From positions 32,001 to 96,000 of IMG/VR virus record IMGVR_UViG_3300036824_000037: a DNA stretch of 64,000 bases. One strand, written 5' to 3'. Shown here in pieces: positions 10,370 through 18,360 of the stretch (the first letter of the stretch is position 1; each line of letters starts with the position of its first letter). Below the pieces are notes generated by a model, which was not told where the DNA came from, ran no database searches, and saw only the letters and a program-made list of their open reading frames with translations. Source of the DNA: a virus (taxonomy: Duplodnaviria > Caudoviricetes). The position numbers and the translations under genes are program-made.

Positions 10370-11760
10370 GCGCACCCGCCGTCACCAACACCGGCCTCGT
10401 CGAGAGCGACGAACCGGACCCGTGGGCCGTCGTCGATCCGCCGGGGCGCGCGCCCGCAGATCGTCCCGGCCTGCTGCCGGAGGAGTTCTGGGACGCGCGC
10501 GCCGTGTTCAACCACATCCGACGGGCGGCCCACTCACAGGCGTGCTCCGGCGATGTGGCCTTCTGGGCGACGCTTTCCCGCCTCTCCGCGATGCTCTCGC
10601 ACCACATCCGCGCCCAGACGGACATCGCCGACCGCGCATCGCTGAATTTGTTCGCTGCGCCGGTCGGGCCGTCCGGCACCGGGAAGTCCACCGGGGCGAG
10701 GGTCGCCCGCAAGATGATGCCGACGCCGTTCGAAGGCTTCCTCGACGGCATGCCGATCGGCACCGGGGAGGGGATCGCCGAGGCGCTGATGGGTACCGTT
10801 GACCAGGACACGGGCAAGTTCAACAAGGGGGAGCCCGTCACGATCAAGGTCCGCAAGCAGGTGCGGCACAACGTCTTCTACTACGTGGATGAGGGCGCGA
10901 CGCTCGCTCAGATCGCGTCCCGGCCGGGCTCCACGCTCGGTGAGGCGATCCGCAGCGCGGCGATCGGCGAGTCCCTGGGGCAGACCAACGCGTCGGAGGA
11001 ACGCAGACGGTTCATCGAGGCAGAGACCTACAGCATGGGCATGGTCATCGGGTTCCAGCCCAGCACCGCTCTGCCACTGCTTTTGGAGTCCGGCAAGGGG
11101 ACGCCGCAGCGATTCTTCTGGCTTTGGTCGATCGACCCGTCCATCCCGCGCAGGGGCTTCCCGTGGCCCGGTGGGATCGAGATTCCCGGGGAGTTCATCT
11201 CCCGCGACTGCCCGCTGGACGTGACGTTCCCGCAGCGGATCAAGGACGAGTTGCGCGACGCGCTGGTTGACCGGGCCACGGGGGAAGTCGAGGTTGCGGA
11301 ACTCGACGGGCACGCGGGCCTGATGAAGGTGAAGGCGGCCGCGCTGTTCGCGCTGCTCGACGGTCGCACGGACGCCAGCGAAGAGGACTGGTCCCTCGCT
11401 GAGGTCGCGTGGGCGTGCTCGTGCGCTGTGCGGGACGCGCTGATCGAGCGCGCGCAGCGTGAGGCTGCGGTGCAGCGCGAGCGGGAAGACGACGCCAAGG
11501 TGCGCCTCGCCGTGCGGACGCACGACGCGAAGAGTTCGGCCGACCGCGACGCTCGGCGTATCGGTCTCGCGATCTGGCGCCACGCATCCCGATCCGGAGG
11601 CATCTCCCTCGGAGCATGCCGTAAGGCGCTCGCTGGCCGGGACCGGGATCTCTTCGACAAGGGCCTCGACTACGCGGAGGCGGAGGGCTGGGTGTTCGTA
11701 GAGAGGAACCAGATCTGCGTCTGCGCGGGCGTCGCGCCGGAAGGTGGACAGCGGTCGTGA
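10366..11760 (+). CDS. DUF3987/YfjI-type P-loop ATPase, putative replicative helicase
   Basis: Walker A GPSGTGKS, Walker B YYVDEG, GFQP, GTPQRF; GTGA overlap with prim-pol. Confidence 0.75.
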   Translation: MSAPAVTNTGLVESDEPDPWAVVDPPGRAPADRPGLLPEEFWDARAVFNHIRRAAHSQACSGDVAFWATLSRLSAMLSHHIRAQTDIADRASLNLFAAPVGPSGTGKSTGARVARKMMPTPFEGFLDGMPIGTGEGIAEALMGTVDQDTGKFNKGEPVTIKVRKQVRHNVFYYVDEGATLAQIASRPGSTLGEAIRSAAIGESLGQTNASEERRRFIEAETYSMGMVIGFQPSTALPLLLESGKGTPQRFFWLWSIDPSIPRRGFPWPGGIEIPGEFISRDCPLDVTFPQRIKDELRDALVDRATGEVEVAELDGHAGLMKVKAAALFALLDGRTDASEEDWSLAEVAWACSCAVRDALIERAQREAAVQREREDDAKVRLAVRTHDAKSSADRDARRIGLAIWRHASRSGGISLGACRKALAGRDRDLFDKGLDYAEAEGWVFVERNQICVCAGVAPEGGQRS

Positions 11761-12009
11761 GTCGCCGAGGTGGACAAACTCCGACAGGTGGACACGATGT
11801 CCACCCCGCCGACCTGCGGTGGACAGGTGGACACGATGTCCACCTGTCTCGCTCGAACCCCCACGAAGCCCCGCTTCAGATGCGCGGAATATATAACAAA
11901 AAGGACATCAGATTCTTTCACGCGGGAGGACCCGCGAGGGTGGACATGTCCACCTGTCCACCTGTCCACCCCAGGTCAGGGCAGGTTTCGCGTGTCCACC
12001 TTGTCCACC
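11743..12009. repeat. Putative replication origin 1: 8-bp iterons around an AT-rich core
   Basis: GGTGGACA at 11743, 11769, 11787, 11818, 11826, 11939; inverse TGTCCACC at 11798, 11837, 11947, 11955, 11963, 11993, 12002; AT-rich core about 11888-11918. Confidence 0.8.
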
Positions 12010-12023
12010 TCGCACCGGGTGAG

Positions 12024-12743
12024 TCAGCCAGCGTGCGGGGTGGGGTCTTCCAGGTGCCGCTGCACGCTCTCCGCCACGGCCTCGACCGCCGACTCCACCA
12101 GCGCCGTCTCCGTCTTCAGCGCCGCGATGTCCGCGCGCACCTGCCCGAACTCCGCATCCACCCGGTCGAACCGGCGGTCCACCCGGGTCGCGTTGCGGTC
12201 GAACCGCTTGGACAGCTCGTCCAACTCGCGCTCGTGCTTGTGCGCGAGCGTGGACAGCACCTCGATGTCCGCATTCACGTTGTCGATCTTCGCGTGGACG
12301 GAGGCGAACCCCGACTCCATCCGCTCACCCAAACCGGCGATCGCGGCCAGCACCCCGTCAAGGGTCGGCTCAAAGGCGCCCGGGTCGGTCATACCACCAC
12401 CGTAGCCAATCGGGTTGTCGTGTTGAAGACGTGCACGGATCTGCTCCACCAAGCCCCCGTACCCGGCCGCGGCCAGCGCCTCGAGGCCGGGGGCGTGCAG
12501 GGTCGCGGCGATGGCCAGGACCGTCTCGGGGGGAGGGATCGCGCCCGCATGCAGAAGCGCCGCCGACATGCCGTGGCTGATGTTGCCCCGGCCGCGCTGA
12601 GCCAACTCGGCGCGGCCCATGGTGGAGTGTTCCATCGCGACGCTCAGCCAGTTGCGCCACGCCTGCACTCTCGCTCTGTTCGACTTTCCCCGGACCACCA
12701 CGGCCGGAGTCTGCTCGGAGGGTTCGGGCGCGGGCTGCGACAT
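12024..12743 (-). CDS. XRE-like HTH domain fused in frame to a coiled-coil protein (internal start 12392)
   Basis: N-terminal RAELAQR...PPPETVLAIAATL; C-terminal heptads; both ATGs have TANNNT 6 nt upstream. Confidence 0.55.
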   Translation of the reverse strand: MSQPAPEPSEQTPAVVVRGKSNRARVQAWRNWLSVAMEHSTMGRAELAQRGRGNISHGMSAALLHAGAIPPPETVLAIAATLHAPGLEALAAAGYGGLVEQIRARLQHDNPIGYGGGMTDPGAFEPTLDGVLAAIAGLGERMESGFASVHAKIDNVNADIEVLSTLAHKHERELDELSKRFDRNATRVDRRFDRVDAEFGQVRADIAALKTETALVESAVEAVAESVQRHLEDPTPHAG

Positions 12744-13901
12744 GCCGTCAACGTATCCGCCACGTCTCGCGTCCGAGAGTGGTTGGCCGAAACCTGTCCC
12801 GCCGAAGCATGGAAGGGGACACCATGACCACCGAAACCACCGCGCGCGCCCGCCGCAGCCGCCGGCCATCCAACGCGGACCGCTCGCACCGCCTCGACGA
12901 CCTCACCGCGTGGCTCACCGCCCGCAACAGCGTGGCACCCACGCAGAACCAGGAGACCCGCTCATGCTGATGCTCGAAGGCGCCCTGATCGCGCTCGGCG
13001 CGTTCCTGCTCGGCCGCGTACTGCCCGGCCGACGCCGCACACCCAAACCCGCGCCGCCACCCCGGCCGATCTGCGACTGCCGGCACAGCATCAGCTTCCA
13101 CACCGACGGAACCGGCGGCTGCGCGTGGGTGGGCGAGAAGTTCTACAAGTCCGGCTGCGGCGCGATCACCCCGAAGTGCACCTGCCTGCGGTACGTCGGC
13201 CCGACCCCGCTGCCGGAGTACTTCGCCAACGAGATCAGCGCGACATGACCGCCCTGCCGCCGGAGATCACCCGCAACCTCGACGCGCACCGCACCGCGCT
13301 CGCGTTCATCCGCGCCATGCTCACCGACCGGATCGACGACGCACTCGAGCTGTGGTTCACCTGCCCCGAAGACCAGCGCATCGACATCGGCTTCGCCCTC
13401 GCCACCCAAGCCGCCGCATACCTGAGCGCCCGATGCGGCGGAGGGGAAGCCGGCGGCCGGATGGCGCTCCGCTACGCCGACGAGACGCTGCTGGCCATGG
13501 CGCAGGAGGACGGCGGATGAGCGCCCCGGCTGGCTTCGAGCCTTATCGAACAACACCCCGGCCCGCTGCCGGGCCATCCCCGCTAGCAAGGAGGCACCAC
13601 CCATGACCCTGACCGCCCTCGACGCCCTAGACACTGACCTGCTCGACGCCCTCGCGGCTGTGGAGCGGGCACGCCGACGACTCGAACAGGCGCGGTCGGC
13701 CGGCGGATCCACCGTTCGCGGATCCACCGCCGGCGTACCCGCGCTCGCCGCAGCGTCGGACCCGAACCGCGCGCAGCGTCCGGACGAGTGCGTCATCCGG
13801 GGCGTCCGCTACCGCCTCGTGCCCAACGCGCACGAGGTGATCGAGGCGGCACTGGCCCGGAAGACGGCCGCACGTGGTTGAGGTCGCCCCGCGCCAAAGA
13901 G

Positions 13902-14446
13902 CGGCCAGGCCGCGCCTCACCCCGCCAGGGCGCGTCGCGCCAAACCGGGCCGGGCCATGCCACGCCTGCCATACCTGGCCCGTCCTCGCCGCGACGCGCC
14001 CAGCCAGGCCGGACCCCGCCTGCCGTGCCATGCCTGGCGATACCTCGCCTAGCCACGCCTGCCACACCAAGTCGGAACCCGACCCACCTGGCCAATCCGG
14101 GACTGGACGCACCATGACGTGCCGGAACGCGCCTGCCAGTACCTGCCAAGCCATACCGAGCCGAGCCCGGACCTGCCGTGCCTGCCGCGCCATGCCGTGC
14201 CGGGCTCTGCCGGGACGGGACACGCCGGGACTCGCGATGCCCTACCTGCCCCACCGAGCCGGGCCTAGCCTATCCGCGCCCTGCCTGGACGAGTCCGACC
14301 GAACCGGGCCTGCCGGGACCCGCCAAGCCTCGCCGTGCCTCAACGCGCCTATCCGTGCCGAGCCCGAACTCGCCCCGCCTGCCGGGCCATGCCAAGCCAA
14401 ACCGCGCCAAAACCACCGTGCCCAACCACGCCAGGACGTGCCTGCC
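13902..14446 (-). ncRNA. Guide-like array: 9 units of GGCA + 7-14 GGY-NN pentamers (VIPR-like)
   Basis: Manual parse of - strand. Units start at 14446, 14383, 14314, 14250, 14186, 14137, 14063, 14024, 13970; lengths 63, 69, 64, 64, 49, 74, 39, 54, 69. 73 of 101 pentamers start with exact GGY; NN is variable. Begins 4 nt after the accessory gene stop. Confidence 0.85.
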
Positions 14447-14450
14447 GCGC

Positions 14451-14888
14451 TCACGCAGCGGCGCTATCCGCCCCGCCGACGTCCTGACGCACCATCGCCA
14501 CGAACTCCTCGAACTCCCTGTAGCGGCGATACAGCGCCTTCCACTCCCGCTCCATCGCCCGCAACACCAACTCGCTGCGAAAAGGATCCTCCCGCACCTC
14601 CTCGGCCGGGTCGTACGCGTACCCGTCCTTCGACGGCACCGACACGAACGCCCGCACCGACTTGGCCGGCCCCGACTCGTCGGCCTCCCGGTACGCGATC
14701 CGCACACTGCGGATCAACTCGCGCGCCTGGTGCAGCCGGTACGCCTCGCCCGCGGCCGAGTCGTCCCACTCGAACCGCGAGTGCAGCGGATGCGACGGCT
14801 CGCGCGCGGCGGTCACCACGTGCCTGTCTGCGAGCGTTCCGTACTGTGAACGGATCGCCAGCAGTTCCGAACGCAGGTCGGTGCTCAC
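14451..14888 (-). CDS. Conserved accessory protein of the RAMP-array locus
   Basis: HPLHSRFEWDDSAAGEAYRLHQARELIRSV motif; GTG start overlaps the RAMP stop (GTGA). Confidence 0.8.
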   Translation of the reverse strand: MSTDLRSELLAIRSQYGTLADRHVVTAAREPSHPLHSRFEWDDSAAGEAYRLHQARELIRSVRIAYREADESGPAKSVRAFVSVPSKDGYAYDPAEEVREDPFRSELVLRAMEREWKALYRRYREFEEFVAMVRQDVGGADSAAA

Positions 14889-15520
14889 GCAGCCACCAGC
14901 TCGCGGAGTCCGCGCACTACCTCGACCGGGCGGTTCGGGTCCAGGACATAGGTGCCGAAGTCGCCGTCCTTCTCCGGACGCCACTCGCCAACCCCGACGC
15001 CACCCCCACCGGCCTCGATCAGCGAGAGCACCGATTCCTGGGTGAGCGCCGAGGTGACGTACGTGACCTCCAGCGTCGCCGACCAGGGCAGGAACTGCGG
15101 CCGGTAGCGCAGGTCCGAGCCGCTGCGGTTGACCGTGACCACGTCCTCGCGCATCACCGGCTCGCCGACGATCCGCACGAGCCCTCGGCCATCGGAGCCG
15201 ATCTCGCCACGGAAGAACATGTACTGCTTGAGCGCGGTCATCGTGACGCCGCTGAAGAGGCGCGCACCGCTGACGGTGGCCGCCTTGAACGCGAGGGCGG
15301 GAAAGCCGTATCCGCCGTCGGCGAGCCGGTAGAACGCGGCCTCGTACTCGCCCTGCGGGTCCTTGTTCTGCTTGGGCGCCTTGCGGCCCTGCATGTTGTC
15401 CAGCATCTGGCGCTTGGCCTTCTCGCTGAACTTGTGCACGATCAGCGGCGCGGTCCCGGCGATGGGGACGTGGATCGTCTCGGTGCCGATCCGGCTGATG
15501 TTGATCGTGGCATCGGTCAT
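14885..15520 (-). CDS. Cas7/RAMP-like RNA-binding protein (Vipr-like), 211 aa
   Basis: RAMP-like elements: first strand IHVPIAGTAPLIVH, GFPALAFKAA, C-terminal Gly-rich loop GGGGVGVGEWRPEKDGDFG; GGAGA RBS; no other cas genes nearby. Confidence 0.75.
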   Translation of the reverse strand: MTDATINISRIGTETIHVPIAGTAPLIVHKFSEKAKRQMLDNMQGRKAPKQNKDPQGEYEAAFYRLADGGYGFPALAFKAATVSGARLFSGVTMTALKQYMFFRGEIGSDGRGLVRIVGEPVMREDVVTVNRSGSDLRYRPQFLPWSATLEVTYVTSALTQESVLSLIEAGGGGVGVGEWRPEKDGDFGTYVLDPNRPVEVVRGLRELVAA

Positions 15521-15589
15521 GGCTGTCTCCAGAGAGAGATCAAGGGAATGGTGAGTTTTCAGCCACTCCGCGCCACGAACCGTGCGAGC

Positions 15590-15620
15590 AGTATAGGAGA
15601 TGCAATGCGAAGATATGCAA
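15590..15620 (-). promoter_or_regulatory. Putative promoter of the RAMP-accessory-array operon
   Basis: TTGCAT-19 nt-TATACT on - strand, 70 nt upstream of the ATG; spacer longer than usual. Confidence 0.55.
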
Positions 15621-16125
15621 GTGAGGCCACGCCCCGGAGCCGGGCGGCGGCGGTTACCTGCCACGAATCGACCTGCACGGCCGGCTCCGGGGATGGGGTT
15701 CAGGGCGTGCGCCCCCTCGCGGACCGATGCCACGGCGCGGCGAGGGAGGACTCCCGATGACCTACGTCACCTGGCGCCGCCCGAACCCGGACGACGACCG
15801 CCCCACCGTCCCCTACTCGTGGTTCGGCTGGGGCCACCTGTACGGGCGCCGCTGGCAGTACTGGCCGCCCTGGGGCGTGACGTACTGGTGGCGGCCTCAG
15901 GCCATCGACGCGTGCGACGGCGAGCGAGCGTCGAAACTCGTCACCGTGCCACTGCTCGGCGCCATCGTGTGGTTCTTCAACTCGCCCTGCGACTGCCCGG
16001 GCGACGCGTCGGCCCAAGGCTGCGAGCCGGGTCAGCGATGACTGCACGTCACGGTTCTGCATCTTCGCCGTGCGCGGCCCCGTCCGGCCGTACGGTTGCC
16101 CCGTCGCCGTCCCGTGGGGGGAACC

Positions 16126-16668
16126 ATGCGCAAGCGCGCCCGCATCATCCTGTGGTCCGTCGGGACCGCCGCGGCGGTCCCGGTCGCGGTCGGCATGGTG
16201 CAGGGCGCCCAGGAATCGCTGCACAGCACACCGGCCGCGGCTACCGCGTCTTCAGCGGCGCCGAGCAGGCCCGCGCCGGCCACCTCCACCCCCGCAGCGC
16301 CGCCACCGTCGAGCGCCCCGCCCAAGCCAGCGCCGTCCACGCAGCCCCCGTCCCCCGCGCCCACCGTGCTCGTGTCGGACCTGCCGTCCTGGGACCAGGA
16401 CGGCGACCCCGCCTGCCGGATGCACTACTCCCAGACCGCCGACGGGCGCACGGTCACCCGGTTCACGATCACCAAGCCCGGGGAGCTAATCACCCACGTG
16501 TCCGGGCCCGCAGGCTTGCAACGCCACGACGAGCAGGTCACCGCGAACACCTGGGCGTACACCTACGACACGACCCTCGCGCAGATCACCGACATGGGGG
16601 CGGTGCTGCACCTGCCGGGCGGATCACAGGTCGCCTGCGGCATCTCGGCGGGCGCGATGGCGCCCTAG
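16126..16668 (+). CDS. Secreted or membrane-anchored protein with Pro/Ala/Ser linker
   Basis: Basic then hydrophobic N-terminus, low-complexity linker, small C-terminal domain with two Cys. Confidence 0.6.
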   Translation: MRKRARIILWSVGTAAAVPVAVGMVQGAQESLHSTPAAATASSAAPSRPAPATSTPAAPPPSSAPPKPAPSTQPPSPAPTVLVSDLPSWDQDGDPACRMHYSQTADGRTVTRFTITKPGELITHVSGPAGLQRHDEQVTANTWAYTYDTTLAQITDMGAVLHLPGGSQVACGISAGAMAP

Positions 16669-16913
16669 CCGCGCCAGGTCACACGGCGGATGTACACCAG
16701 CCGGTCCAACTCGTCGACCTGGTACTGCACCGCGAGCAGCCCCGCATCGCGGACCCGGGTGCGCGGAACGTCCGGGGGCTCGAACGAACCGCGCCCCGAC
16801 GGGTCCCGGCAGATCTCCCGCACCAGCGCCTCGACCTGGTCGCGCACCGCGGTAGGCAGCGCCTGCACGTCGGCGACCGCCGCGGCGGACCACAGTTCGT
16901 CGTAGCCGCTCAA
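16665..16913 (-). CDS. RelE/ParE-like putative toxin
   Basis: WSAAAVADVQALP...VQYQVDELDRLVYIRRVTW; TTG start overlaps upstream stop. Confidence 0.55.
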   Translation of the reverse strand: MSGYDELWSAAAVADVQALPTAVRDQVEALVREICRDPSGRGSFEPPDVPRTRVRDAGLLAVQYQVDELDRLVYIRRVTWRG

Positions 16914-17182
16914 CCTCGGCGCGCGAACGGGCTCGGCAGCCACGCCACCTCGTCGAGCGGCTTCAACAGGTCCGCTTTGAGTGTCGGGTCGGTCTCGACC
17001 AGCGCCTGCGCCCACCAGCGGCGCTTGACCAGGTCCACCGCTACCAGGTCGCCGGCGTCCACGGCGGTACCGAGTTCGTCGAGGAACCGCTCGAGCAGGG
17101 GTTCGGGCAGGTGCGCGCGGATCGAGGCGACGGTCTTGGCGACCCGGGGCGGCGCGGGCTGGTCGATCGGCTGCGCGGTCAT
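16910..17182 (-). CDS. DUF6247-family putative antitoxin
   Basis: MTAQP...SIRAHLP...FLDEL...RRWWAQA; leaderless -10 TAGCGT. Confidence 0.6.
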   Translation of the reverse strand: MTAQPIDQPAPPRVAKTVASIRAHLPEPLLERFLDELGTAVDAGDLVAVDLVKRRWWAQALVETDPTLKADLLKPLDEVAWLPSPFARRG

Positions 17183-17781
17183 GCCGTCAACGCTACCCGC
17201 GGCGGCGAGGCGCGTCAGCTGGTCCGGCAATCCCCGCGCGCGGCGTCCCGGCGGCGCGGCATCATCGAACAACCCCAGGAGGAATCCGTGACCGACATGA
17301 CCCCCTATGGCGCGCTGGCCGGGATCGTGGTCGAACCCACCGCCGGATACCTCACCCTGATCGTGCCCCCGGTCAGCCCCATGCCCGACGGCGCGCTCAT
17401 GCCCCCGTCCCCGTACCTGATCGGCGCGAAGGACACCGCCACCGGACAGTTGCGCTGCGGCGTGCTCGGCGTGCACCTGCACTCCACGATCGCGAAGGAC
17501 CAGATCGAGATCCACGTCTACCTCGACGAGATCGCGCAGCCCGACGGCGCCCCCGCCGTCACGCCCGAGCAGGTCGGCGAAGTCCTGCGGCGCGTCGGCC
17601 ACGACGCCGCGCGCTGGCCGGAAGGGGTGCCGACGGTGCGCAGCCGGTTCCGGGTGGACGGGTTCGAGCTCGGCGAGCAGCGTTCGCCGTTCTTCGACCC
17701 GGAGAGGTTCTGGCGCGACGTGGGCGATGTGAAGCGGGCGCTGGAGCTCGACGATCCCGAAGCGGACGGAGACGAGACCGC

Positions 17782-18360
17782 ATGACGATCACGGAGGACC
17801 CGACTATGACCAGTGAACCGCTCGACGACGACCGTCTCGAGCGGATCCTCGCGCACGTCCCGAACTGCCGCTACGGCTGCATCGCCTGCGAGTCGGCACC
17901 AGCCCTGATCGCCGACCTGCGGGAGCTGCGCCGGCGCCTGGACGACCTCGGAGATCAGGCCGTCGAGCGCATGGCCGCCCGGCTGATGGAGGACATGCGG
18001 CTGCGGTCCCTGGAGATTCGCGGCGGCAGCTTCGAGATGGACATCACCGAGGCCCGCGAGATGTGCGCCCTGTTCGTCGGCGCTGCCCGCGCGATGCTGG
18101 GGGACGCACCCAACTACACCGAGACGCGGGTGGACTTCCCGACGGCGAGGGTCGAGTTCGAGGTGAAGATCTCCGAGTCGTTCGACTCATACGTGCTGAC
18201 CGTGCAACGCGCCGGGAAACTCACCCCGCACGAGGCGCGCAAGCAGGCGGAGAAGGAGCGCGACGAGGCGCTTGAGCGGGTCGCGGACCTCGAGGCGCAA
18301 CTCGCCGAGACGCGCGAAGAGCTCGACCAGGCCCGCACGACAGGATGGACCGGCAAGTGA
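17782..18360 (+). CDS. Conserved actinophage hypothetical protein
   Basis: APNYTE...VQRAGKLTPHEARKQAE followed by coiled coil. Confidence 0.55.
   Translation: MTITEDPTMTSEPLDDDRLERILAHVPNCRYGCIACESAPALIADLRELRRRLDDLGDQAVERMAARLMEDMRLRSLEIRGGSFEMDITEAREMCALFVGAARAMLGDAPNYTETRVDFPTARVEFEVKISESFDSYVLTVQRAGKLTPHEARKQAEKERDEALERVADLEAQLAETREELDQARTTGWTGK

Noticed and set aside
14064-14137. Unit 6 antisense decode GPP[C/W]xG as a cytosine methyltransferase PCxG motif
   Set aside because: Flanks deviate from GGPPCQxFS and the sense reading is equally plausible; cannot be assigned without a search.
13902-14446. Canonical CRISPR array or simple microsatellite
   Set aside because: No 25-40-nt identical repeats with unique spacers and no cas1/cas2; positions 4-5 of each pentamer are highly variable and units are regularly delimited, unlike slippage repeats.
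13627-14454. Long ORFs across the pentamer array (13627..14223, 13793..14254, 13874..15760, 14178..14849)
   Set aside because: Low-complexity Arg/Gly/Ala/Pro translations; period 5 with 4-nt phase shifts does not fit codon structure; stops are rare because of high GC.
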